In this document: positions 18,144 through 25,796 of the stretch, in pieces
Position numbering within the stretch: position 1 is the first letter of the stretch
Layout: each line of letters starts with the position of its first letter
Assembly: GCA_002411175.1 (NCBI GenBank)
Contig: DHRN01000039.1
Coordinates: 1 to 63,297, forward strand
Source: Anaerolineaceae bacterium UBA5311
GTDB taxonomy: Bacteria; Chloroflexota; Anaerolineae; Anaerolineales; Anaerolineaceae
Direction of reading: 5' to 3'
Length of the DNA: 63,297 nt
Made by a program: the position numbers and the translations under genes
The notes under the pieces: generated by a model
Told to the model about the DNA's origin: nothing
The model's database searches: none
The model's input: only the letters and a program-made list of their open reading frames with translations

Positions 18144-18626
18144 ATGAATCAAACAGCAATCGTAGCGGGGGGGTGTTTCTGGGGGATGGAAGCGAACTTC
18201 CAGAATCTATACGGAGTCCTTAAAACCGAAGTCGGTTACACGGGCGGTCATGTCGAAGACCCAACTTATCGCCAGGTCTGCCAGGAGACAACCGGGCATG
18301 TAGAAGCGGTTCGGCTTGAGTTTGACCCTGGGAAGGTAAGTTACCAGGAAATAGTGGAAGCGTTCTTCCAATATCACGATCCGACGCTTTGCAAAGATAA
18401 TTGCTTGTCCCAAAGCAACCAGTATGACTCGGTCATTTTCACTATGGATGACGAGCAAAACAAAATTGCCAGAGATGTGATCAAAAAGCTGAAGCGCAGC
18501 GGTGAATATGACTGCAGGGTTATCACCAGTGTGCGCCCGGCATCCGAGTTTTATTTGGCTGAAACATATCACCAAAACTATTATGTCAAGCACAATATCT
18601 CGATAGATACTGACATCTGTTGTTAA
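18144..18626 (+). CDS. msrA: Peptide-methionine (S)-S-oxide reductase
   Basis: GGCFWGME, GYTGG, TGHVEAV motifs. ATG at 18144 (the ORF track starts at GTG 18132). Confidence 0.9.
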   Translation: MNQTAIVAGGCFWGMEANFQNLYGVLKTEVGYTGGHVEDPTYRQVCQETTGHVEAVRLEFDPGKVSYQEIVEAFFQYHDPTLCKDNCLSQSNQYDSVIFTMDDEQNKIARDVIKKLKRSGEYDCRVITSVRPASEFYLAETYHQNYYVKHNISIDTDICC

Positions 18627-18660
18627 CAACGCATAGATGCAATACAGTTATAATTAAGGG

Positions 18661-19413
18661 ATGGAAACAAACTTCGAAACCCCAAATGGCGCCAGGGAAA
18701 AGCGCATCGCGATATTAATCGACGGTGACAATGCCCAGGCGTCCTTAATTGAGCAAATTGTGGTCGAATCGAGCCGCTATGGCAACGCGACCATTCGGCG
18801 GATTTATGGTGACTGGACCTCGACCAGTATGAAATCGTGGAAGGACACGCTGAACTCATACGCCTTCCAGCCTTTTCAACAATTCAGCTACTCAGTTGGC
18901 AAGAACGCGACCGACTCGGCAATGATCATTGACGCAATGGATATCTTGCACTCAAACCAGGTGGACGGCTTTTGCCTGGTTTCGAGCGACAGTGATTATA
19001 CGCGCCTGGCTACACGGCTGCGCGAGAGCGGCAAACTTGTGGTCGGGATCGGAAAAAATTTGACCCCACGCGCGTTTGTATCCGCTTGCGACGTGTTTAT
19101 CTATACCGAAAACCTTGAACAGCGCGAACGTCAGAAGCGTCAGCAGGCAGCCAAGCAAAAGATGAGCAAAGAAGAGCAGGACCTGATCGATAACATTGAA
19201 GATGCGATCGAGTCGGCAGGAACAGATGACGACGGCTGGGCGCGGCTTTCGGAGGTGGGCACGGCGCTGCGGCGTATCGACCCTGGTTTCGACCCACGCA
19301 GCTACGGCGCGAAGCAGCTGGCGACGCTCGTACGCGCAAAGAGAGACCATTTTGATCTCAAAAAGCTCCCTGGCAAATCGATCATCGTGGTGAGAACGAA
19401 GGACGAGGATTAG
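18661..19413 (+). CDS. NYN (LabA-like) ribonuclease-fold domain protein with C-terminal OST-HTH/LOTUS domain
   Basis: IAILIDGDN..., LVSSDSDYTRLATRLRESGK (NYN). The C-terminal DGWARLSEVGTALRRIDPGFDPRSYG is LOTUS-like. TATAAT 18649-18654 lies 6 nt before the ATG. Confidence 0.75.
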   Translation: METNFETPNGAREKRIAILIDGDNAQASLIEQIVVESSRYGNATIRRIYGDWTSTSMKSWKDTLNSYAFQPFQQFSYSVGKNATDSAMIIDAMDILHSNQVDGFCLVSSDSDYTRLATRLRESGKLVVGIGKNLTPRAFVSACDVFIYTENLEQRERQKRQQAAKQKMSKEEQDLIDNIEDAIESAGTDDDGWARLSEVGTALRRIDPGFDPRSYGAKQLATLVRAKRDHFDLKKLPGKSIIVVRTKDED

Positions 19414-19418
19414 AAGCG

Positions 19419-20981
19419 TTAATCCCTTGCCGGATAGCCGGTGATGTTCTGGATGTCCTTGTATAACGGTGCGAGGCGGTCATACATTTTCAGATAAACC
19501 CGGCGATAGAGCTGGTCATAAAGCTTTTGGTGTTCCCTGTTCGGTTCAAAAGTTGTGCTGATTCGGGTCATTTCTGATACCGCTATTTCAAACGAAGGAT
19601 GGAAATTTAAACCAACAGCAAGGTCGATCGCCGCGCCAAGCCCACTGGCTTCATAAACATGCGGACGGCTGACCGGCATGCCGAAGATGTCGGCGGTAAG
19701 TTGGGCGGCGGCATCACTTTGGGAGCCTCCACCGGAGACACGCACTTCGGTGATGGGGACGCCACTTCGCTTGCTGGTGCGTTCGGCGCCTTCACGCAAG
19801 GCATAAGCAAGCCCTTCGAGGATAGCCCGATAGAAGTGAGCACGGGTGTGCACCCCACCAAAACCGATCACGGAGCCTTTTGCTTCGGGACCAGGCGATT
19901 TGAGCCCCGGCGCCCAATAGGGCTGAAGGATGAGACCCATCGAACCGGCAGGCACTGAGTTGACCAGGTCGTCGAACAAGAATTCGGGGGGGATGCCGCG
20001 TTCATTCGCGAGACGCTGTTCGTTTTGACCAAATTCGCGCAAGAACCAGGAGACCATCCAATACCCGCGGAAGAGCTGGATCTCGAGAGAATAGGAGCCA
20101 GGCACGGCAGCAGGGTAAGGCGGAATGAGCGGGACGACTTCGATGTAACGTTGGTGGATGGTGTTGATGGTGGCAGCGGTCCCATAGGAGAGGCAGCAGA
20201 TATTCGGGGCAAGCGTGCCTGAGCCGAGCACCTCGCAGGCTTTGTCTGCTGCGGCGGCGATCAGGGGTAAGCCAGCGGGAATGCCAGTTTCGATGGACGC
20301 CTGGCTGGTGATCTCGCCCAGCAGGCTGGCGGGAGGGACTAAATCGACCAATTTTTCCGGCTCGACCGGGACAGCCCGCCATTTCCAGTCGAAACTACCT
20401 GCCCACTGGTGTTTCTTGTAATCGAAAGGTAAGTGGGCAACCTGGCAGGCGGTGGAATCGACAAATTTGCCCGTTAGACAGTGGGTGAGGTAACCGGAGA
20501 GGAGCACGACTTTAGCGGTTTGCTTCCAGATATCTGGTTGATGAGTGCGGATCCAGTTGGTTTTGGCTTCCGATTGCAGATAGCGGATGGTGTTGTTCAT
20601 GCCTGAGATGGCGAAAAGCACACCCCAGATTCCGCCAACGTTGGGCAACCCGGCAGTGCGCCGCTGGTCGGACCAATGGATAGCGGGACGAAGGGGCTGA
20701 GCATCCTTGTCGAGATTGATGAGCACATTTCGTTGGGTGGTGATGGCAACACCGGCGAGCTTGCTTTTGTCCACACCGGGGATAGCCCAAAGCAAATGGC
20801 AGGCCTTGCAGAGGCTTTCCCAAAAGAGAATCGGCTCAAGCTCTGCCCAACCAGGTTTTGGGGAAGAATATTCAGGCAAAAGAACCTGGGATTTGAAAAG
20901 CAAGTTGCCCTGAAGGTCAAAAATCAAGGCGCGGGTCGACTGCGTGCCAACGTCAATGGAGAGAAGGAATTCTTTGGTCAT
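19419..20981 (-). CDS. FGGY-family carbohydrate/polyol kinase
   Basis: LSIDVGTQSTRA N-terminal actin-fold motif; C-terminal VSGGGSQSD. 520 aa. Confidence 0.85.
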   Translation of the reverse strand: MTKEFLLSIDVGTQSTRALIFDLQGNLLFKSQVLLPEYSSPKPGWAELEPILFWESLCKACHLLWAIPGVDKSKLAGVAITTQRNVLINLDKDAQPLRPAIHWSDQRRTAGLPNVGGIWGVLFAISGMNNTIRYLQSEAKTNWIRTHQPDIWKQTAKVVLLSGYLTHCLTGKFVDSTACQVAHLPFDYKKHQWAGSFDWKWRAVPVEPEKLVDLVPPASLLGEITSQASIETGIPAGLPLIAAAADKACEVLGSGTLAPNICCLSYGTAATINTIHQRYIEVVPLIPPYPAAVPGSYSLEIQLFRGYWMVSWFLREFGQNEQRLANERGIPPEFLFDDLVNSVPAGSMGLILQPYWAPGLKSPGPEAKGSVIGFGGVHTRAHFYRAILEGLAYALREGAERTSKRSGVPITEVRVSGGGSQSDAAAQLTADIFGMPVSRPHVYEASGLGAAIDLAVGLNFHPSFEIAVSEMTRISTTFEPNREHQKLYDQLYRRVYLKMYDRLAPLYKDIQNITGYPARD

Positions 20982-22724
20982 CTATACCTCAAAGTCTTTG
21001 CCCCATCGTTTTTCCTTTTGCGCGGGGGTCATATCGAGCCCCAGCGTGCCGCCGGGGTTCATGATGTTGTTGGGATCAAAATGTTTTTTGAGTAAGCGAA
21101 TCACCTCCATCTGCTCGCTGCCTATCTGGTCTTCGAGCCAGGGAGCAGTGGCTTTGCCGACGCCGTGATGGTGGCTGATGGCAGCTCCGGATTTTGCGAT
21201 AGCCTCCAGGATGCCGTATTGCAGGTCGAGGTACTCGCGGATGGTGTCTATTTTGGCGATGAAAATGAAGTAGAGGTTGGCGCCCTGTGGATAGGAATGG
21301 GAAATATGGGTCATACAAATCGTATTCGGTCTGGATTTTATGTAGGCGCGTACGCCTTCGTGAACCCGGGGCATCTGCGACCAGGTGACACCGCACTCGA
21401 GCGTGTCGATAAGAATGCCGTAATCCTGAAGGTCTTCACGCAAATAGGGATCAGTAAAACGACCTTTTTCCCAGGTTTTGGTGACCCCGGCGATAGAGAG
21501 CTCAAAAGCTTTGTATTTGCGGCAAATTCTGCGGATTTTACGGTCCATGTTGCGGCAGAAGTCTTTTTCGCCGTCCGTGAAACCAAGCAGGAGGCATTTT
21601 TGCATCGGTTTGAAGCCCATTTTTGTGAGAAGGGTGTTGGCAATGCTGTCAGAAATATGATACAGATGCATCATGATGTCGGTCTCTTCGGGGTCCGAGA
21701 TGCGATAAACGGATGGAAAACCAAATTCACCCTGCATGATTTCGCGGCTGGCTGCCTGGGCATCCTCCCAATTATGGAACATATAGCTAAATTTCTTGCG
21801 GTTTTCGGGTTGATGGTGCCAGATTTTGAGAGTGGCTTTGCTGAGAATACCAAAGCTGCCTTCCCCACCAATCATCACCTGGTCAAAATCTGGCCCGGTA
21901 GCAGCGCGAGGATGAGGACAGGTTTTGAAAATTCCGCGCGGGGTTACATATTCCTGATCGATAACCATGTCTTCAAGCTTGCCGTAGTAGGTGGAATTCT
22001 GCCCGGCACCTCGGGTGACAACCCATCCGCCCACGCTGGAGTATTCGAAGGATTGGGGGAAGTGTCCGACGGTGTAATTACGTTTTGCGCCGAGTTTTGT
22101 GACCGCGTTCTGCAGCAGGTCTTCAAGCTGCGTCCCCCACATGCCGGCTTCGACGGTAACGGTATGGTCGATCTCGTTCAGTTCGACCAACTTGTTCATA
22201 TGGACCGACATGTCGATGCAGATTCCGCCTTTTGTGGCTTCGTATCCACGTGTCACGGTTGAACCACCACCAAACACATAGATTGGTATTAGGTTCTCAT
22301 TTGCATAAGCAACGATCGCTTCAATCTCTTCCTGGCTGCGGGGAGCTACAACGACATCAGGCAGGTTCTCGACGATTTTTCTGCGCAATCGCAGAGCATC
22401 AATCATCCCCTGACCATATGAACGTTTGATACGGGTATAGGTATCCGTGCGCAGGTGCTCTTCGCCGCAGGTTTTAACCAGGAATTCATGATGCTCAACG
22501 GGCAAAGCGCTGGGAACATCGTCCGGAACAAGATCGAGTCCTAATTTGCCAGGTTTTGAGAGGGTTTCCTTAGATAAGCCAAACCGATCCATGATTAGCT
22601 TGGTTAAACCACTGTTGGGGTGTTTGAAACCAGCAGGATCACCCCATTTAAAGATCGAACGCCAGGTGCCTGCAGGAACGGGCTCTTCATACCAGGCGGG
22701 GACAAATTTTTCGTTTGATGCCAT
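20982..22724 (-). CDS. FAD-linked oxidase, alkyl-DHAP-synthase (AGPS)-like
   Basis: N-terminal ...FKWGD..., FAD-binding PCMH block VVAPRSQEEIEAIV...FGGGSTVTRG, C-terminal HHHGVGK. 580 aa. Its stop abuts the FGGY start with 0-nt spacing. Confidence 0.8.
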   Translation of the reverse strand: MASNEKFVPAWYEEPVPAGTWRSIFKWGDPAGFKHPNSGLTKLIMDRFGLSKETLSKPGKLGLDLVPDDVPSALPVEHHEFLVKTCGEEHLRTDTYTRIKRSYGQGMIDALRLRRKIVENLPDVVVAPRSQEEIEAIVAYANENLIPIYVFGGGSTVTRGYEATKGGICIDMSVHMNKLVELNEIDHTVTVEAGMWGTQLEDLLQNAVTKLGAKRNYTVGHFPQSFEYSSVGGWVVTRGAGQNSTYYGKLEDMVIDQEYVTPRGIFKTCPHPRAATGPDFDQVMIGGEGSFGILSKATLKIWHHQPENRKKFSYMFHNWEDAQAASREIMQGEFGFPSVYRISDPEETDIMMHLYHISDSIANTLLTKMGFKPMQKCLLLGFTDGEKDFCRNMDRKIRRICRKYKAFELSIAGVTKTWEKGRFTDPYLREDLQDYGILIDTLECGVTWSQMPRVHEGVRAYIKSRPNTICMTHISHSYPQGANLYFIFIAKIDTIREYLDLQYGILEAIAKSGAAISHHHGVGKATAPWLEDQIGSEQMEVIRLLKKHFDPNNIMNPGGTLGLDMTPAQKEKRWGKDFEV

Positions 22725-22731
22725 TGTTCTC

Positions 22732-24318
22732 CTATTCTAAATGACTTCCCGGGTTCGGACTGAAAGCTTGCAAATAAATTTGTTGGTAGCGGGATATTTC
22801 GATGCGCCACTCGTCATCGCTCCAGGGCAGATGGGGGGCGGTGAGGTCTTGTATTTTGTCCATTACATCCATCGCACCGTTGGGTAAAAGTAATCCCAGG
22901 CGTGTGTGCCGGAGCAATAAATCATCAAGATGTTCAACCATGCCGAAATGTGCGTTATAAAGCAATTCCGCCCAATGCATGTAAAGGTCATCGATTCGGG
23001 TAAGGTCGTGCGGCGTGGAAACTTCCAACAGGTCCGGGAGCGCTTGCCCGTAGCGACCGGCGAGATAATAAAAACTTTGCGGGGCAAGGGGATTCCCGGG
23101 CAGATCGGCTGGGATTGGTTTGAACCAATCCTTGATCGGTGAGAGGTTTTTGCCAATTAATCGTGCGGCGGTTTTCAGAGCATCTTCAGCCATAAGCTCG
23201 AAGATGGTCAGCTTGCCGCCGGTGATGGTTACCAAACCATCTTCCTCCAAAACGAGGTGAGCGCGGGATTCTGCTGATGGGTTGTTAGCATCGCCCCGAA
23301 CGATCGGACGCAGCCCGGCAAAAGATGAAAGGACTGAAGTTTCACTGATATTCGTGCCGGGAAAAATGGCATGAATTGCTTCGAGCATGTAGGAAATTTC
23401 CTGGTCTGTGCAGAACGGTTCCTGTTCAAGAGGATAAGGGTGATCAAGATCGGTAGTTCCGAAGATTGTGCGTCCTTCCCAGGGGATGGCGAACATCGCG
23501 CGTCCGTCATTCGGGTGCATTAAGGTGACAGCATTTGGGATGGGCAGGTCGTCGAAACTGAACACCAGGTGAGATCCGCGCAGGGGTCTGACGCGATCCG
23601 GACGTCCAAGCTGTTGGCGTAATTGGTCAGTCCAGGGACCGGTTGCGTTGATGACTGCCTTGGTTTTCAGCTCCAGTGTGCCATGATTGGAACGGGAACG
23701 ATCTTCCACGGCAACCCCGCGAACACGAGCGTTGGCATCTTTGAGCACTTGTGTGACCCGGGCATAATTGAGCGCCAGCCCACCATCCTGACACGTTTCC
23801 TGGATCAGGCGCAGGACCATTCGGCTGTCGTCTACAAGCGCGTCGTAGTAAAAGTACGCGCCAGCCATGTTTTCAGGTTTGAGGATGGGCATCGTGTCAT
23901 GGAGTTGTTCGAGGTTAAGATGCCGGTGTCTCCACTTGGGCGCCATCAGATCGTAGAGGGTCACGCCACCGCGAAAGAGGCGTTTTTCCCGGGGAGATTC
24001 ATCGTGGGGAAGCACAAAGCCGAGAAGCGTGACCAGATTCTGGGCTTGTTTGAGCAGTTTTTCACGCTGTCTGACCGATTCGAAGGTGACATCAAATTGA
24101 CGACTGCGCAAGTAGCGAAAGCCGCCATGAACAAGTTTGGAAGATTTGGACGAAGTTCCGCTGGAAAAGTCGGCGGCTTCAAGCAACAGGGTTTTGTATC
24201 CTCCACTGACTGCCCGCCTGAAAACGCCAGCGCCGGTTATGCCGCCACCGATGACGATCAGGTCCCAGTCCTGGTCGAGTTGGGACCAAAGCTGTTCTCG
24301 TGATTGAACTTGACTCAT
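22732..24318 (-). CDS. FAD-dependent glycerol-3-phosphate dehydrogenase/oxidase family protein
   Basis: DLIVIGGGITGAG dinucleotide fold, SSKSSKLVHGGFRYL. 528 aa. Confidence 0.85.
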   Translation of the reverse strand: MSQVQSREQLWSQLDQDWDLIVIGGGITGAGVFRRAVSGGYKTLLLEAADFSSGTSSKSSKLVHGGFRYLRSRQFDVTFESVRQREKLLKQAQNLVTLLGFVLPHDESPREKRLFRGGVTLYDLMAPKWRHRHLNLEQLHDTMPILKPENMAGAYFYYDALVDDSRMVLRLIQETCQDGGLALNYARVTQVLKDANARVRGVAVEDRSRSNHGTLELKTKAVINATGPWTDQLRQQLGRPDRVRPLRGSHLVFSFDDLPIPNAVTLMHPNDGRAMFAIPWEGRTIFGTTDLDHPYPLEQEPFCTDQEISYMLEAIHAIFPGTNISETSVLSSFAGLRPIVRGDANNPSAESRAHLVLEEDGLVTITGGKLTIFELMAEDALKTAARLIGKNLSPIKDWFKPIPADLPGNPLAPQSFYYLAGRYGQALPDLLEVSTPHDLTRIDDLYMHWAELLYNAHFGMVEHLDDLLLRHTRLGLLLPNGAMDVMDKIQDLTAPHLPWSDDEWRIEISRYQQIYLQAFSPNPGSHLE

Positions 24319-24320
24319 TC

Positions 24321-25031
24321 TCAGTCCTTTCCTAACTCTAAACTATTCCAATATTCCAGGCTGTCTTGCATGATCTTTGCGGTACGCGCTTCGGCGTTAT
24401 CCGGGTCGTTGTTCCGGTAATCGTCGAGGAGTCCGCAATAAAAACTTTGCGAGTGTATGCGCGCCTGGGGGTTGGCGAAATAATTCAACCCCGCCTGGTA
24501 GGATAGCTGCCGGAAACCGTTGTAGATCAGGGTGAAGATTGGGTTGCCGGATAAAATGGTGAGCTGGTGGTGCAGCTCCATGTCAACTTGCGCGTAGGTT
24601 TCGGGGTTATCAGGCAGGTTGGTGAATTTTTCGAGGTAAGCGATAGCCTGGTCGCGGTTGTGATCATAAGCAAGCCGGGCGTAAACCGGGGCGAGGGCAG
24701 CGCGGACTTCCAACAAATTGGTCATAAAGGCAGGGCTCAGGTTTTCTGGTTGCGTAGAGAGGGCATTGAGCATGATCAGGTTGCCTTCTTTCCAGTAATC
24801 CTTGACGATAGTGGATTTGCCCTGTTGGATTTGTATCCAGCCATCCCGGGCGAGACGCTGGAGGGCTTCGCGCAGGGTTGGTCGGGTGACGCCCAATGAC
24901 TGGGCGAGCTCGCGTTCGGGGGGCAAGGAATCGCCGATGGGAAAAGTGCCATCAAGGATGGCGGAGAGAACTTGTTTTTCAGCCAGGTCGGCAGGTTTTT
25001 GGGGCAGAACCCAAGCAGATTGTGTTGCCAA
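24321..25031 (-). CDS. GntR-family (FadR/FCD subfamily) transcriptional regulator
   Basis: wHTH LPPERELAQSLGVTRPTLREALQRLARDGWI plus a helical C-terminal domain. 2-nt gap to the GlpD-like gene. Confidence 0.85.
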   Translation of the reverse strand: MATQSAWVLPQKPADLAEKQVLSAILDGTFPIGDSLPPERELAQSLGVTRPTLREALQRLARDGWIQIQQGKSTIVKDYWKEGNLIMLNALSTQPENLSPAFMTNLLEVRAALAPVYARLAYDHNRDQAIAYLEKFTNLPDNPETYAQVDMELHHQLTILSGNPIFTLIYNGFRQLSYQAGLNYFANPQARIHSQSFYCGLLDDYRNNDPDNAEARTAKIMQDSLEYWNSLELGKD

Positions 25032-25050
25032 GGTGACCTCCGTTGGTCGG

Positions 25051-25068
25051 TGGTAAGAGGTCTTACCA
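25051..25068. promoter_or_regulatory. Candidate GntR operator (perfect 8-2-8 palindrome)
   Basis: TGGTAAGA-gg-TCTTACCA lies 20-37 nt upstream of the GntR start and fits the GntR-family GT-N-AC palindrome rule. Confidence 0.5.
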
Positions 25069-25174
25069 GTTGGCTAAGTGTACAATGCTTTTCAATATTT
25101 GTGAAGAGGTATTTTAGCCGAAAGCTAACTGTAAATTCAAAAAATTTCTTGTCGGTGCGTGTGCAATAACTGAT

Positions 25175-25204
25175 TAATAAACAAGACCGCAAAAGCGGTC
25201 TTGT
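25175..25204 (-). terminator. Rho-independent terminator after the tRNA-Ser pair
   Basis: acaagaccgc (25181-25190) / gcggtcttgt (25195-25204), aaaa loop. Followed by ttatt on the minus strand. Confidence 0.7.
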
Positions 25205-25209
25205 TAAGG

Positions 25210-25296
25210 CGGAGAGGCAGGGATTCGAACCCTGGGTCGGTCTTACCCGACAACCACTTAGCAGGCGGCCCCAATCGTCCACTCTGGCACCTCCCC
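25210..25296 (-). tRNA. tRNA-Ser (anticodon GCT)
   Basis: Reverse complement folds as ggggagg acceptor, anticodon loop ctGCTaa, long variable arm gtcgg-gtaaga-ccgac, T arm caggg-ttcgaat-ccctg. 87 nt. Confidence 0.85.
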
Positions 25297-25322
25297 AAAT
25301 TGTTCTTCGGCTGCATAGCCAG

Positions 25323-25407
25323 CGGAGGAAGTGGGATTCGAACCCACGATAGGTTGCCCTATACCTGTTTTCAAGACAGGCGCCTTCGGCCGCTCGGCCA
25401 TCCCTCC
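25323..25407 (-). tRNA. tRNA-Ser (anticodon TGA)
   Basis: Reverse complement: ggaggga acceptor, gccgagcggccgaaggc D arm, cctgt-ctTGAaa-acagg, long variable arm, gtggg-ttcgaat-cccac. 85 nt. Confidence 0.85.
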
Positions 25408-25651
25408 GTAGAGCAGATATTCTAACATGAAAAGGGGATGGATTCAAGCAGAATTTGGTGAGATGTTTCAAGCTGGGTAGGCAAATTGTTCCTCCTTAGT
25501 TTCTCATTTTCCACAAAACTTGAATTCGATGAGGAAAAGAGTTGGTTTCAGGACACCGACGGCTCCTGGAACAGACTAAAAATGTAGCATGTCAATTTTC
25601 AGTAAGATGAAAACAGCCAGCAGGACGACTGCATCTTGCAGAAGGCAACAC

Positions 25652-25716
25652 GGTCAGGATGCCGGTTCCGGTGAAGCAATCTTGTTGTAGGGGACGGCAT
25701 GGCAGCCGTCCCCTAC
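25652..25716. repeat. Solo copy of repeat family 2 with a perfect 12-bp hairpin
   Basis: ggttccggtgaagcaatcttgttgtagggg is followed by gtaggggacggc-atggca-gccgtcccctac (25687-25716). Confidence 0.75.
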
Positions 25717-25796
25717 TCTATTAGTTGATTACGCAAAAATTTTGTTGTGAAGGCGACCTGCCAGCGAGATGTAGTAAGCACGAACAAACCACGCTG

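Noticed and set aside
21165-22262. 365-aa plus-strand ORF
   Set aside because: It is antisense to the well-supported FAD-linked oxidase gene (a shadow ORF). The same applies to 14697..15374 and 15543..16397 (antisense to glnS), 23623..24303 (GlpD-like), 28908..29618 (gpmA), 31521..32063 (guaA), 33069..33701 (xpt), 44597..45391 (hydantoinase) and 62093..62617 (mfd).
24776-25471. 231-aa minus-strand ORF
   Set aside because: It reads through both tRNA-Ser genes and the GntR promoter region, so it is an artefact.
25650-25685. SRP (4.5S) RNA-like string ggtcaggatgccggttccggtgaagca
   Set aside because: It only loosely resembles the domain IV consensus, has no GNRA tetraloop helix, and matches the family-2 repeat module instead.
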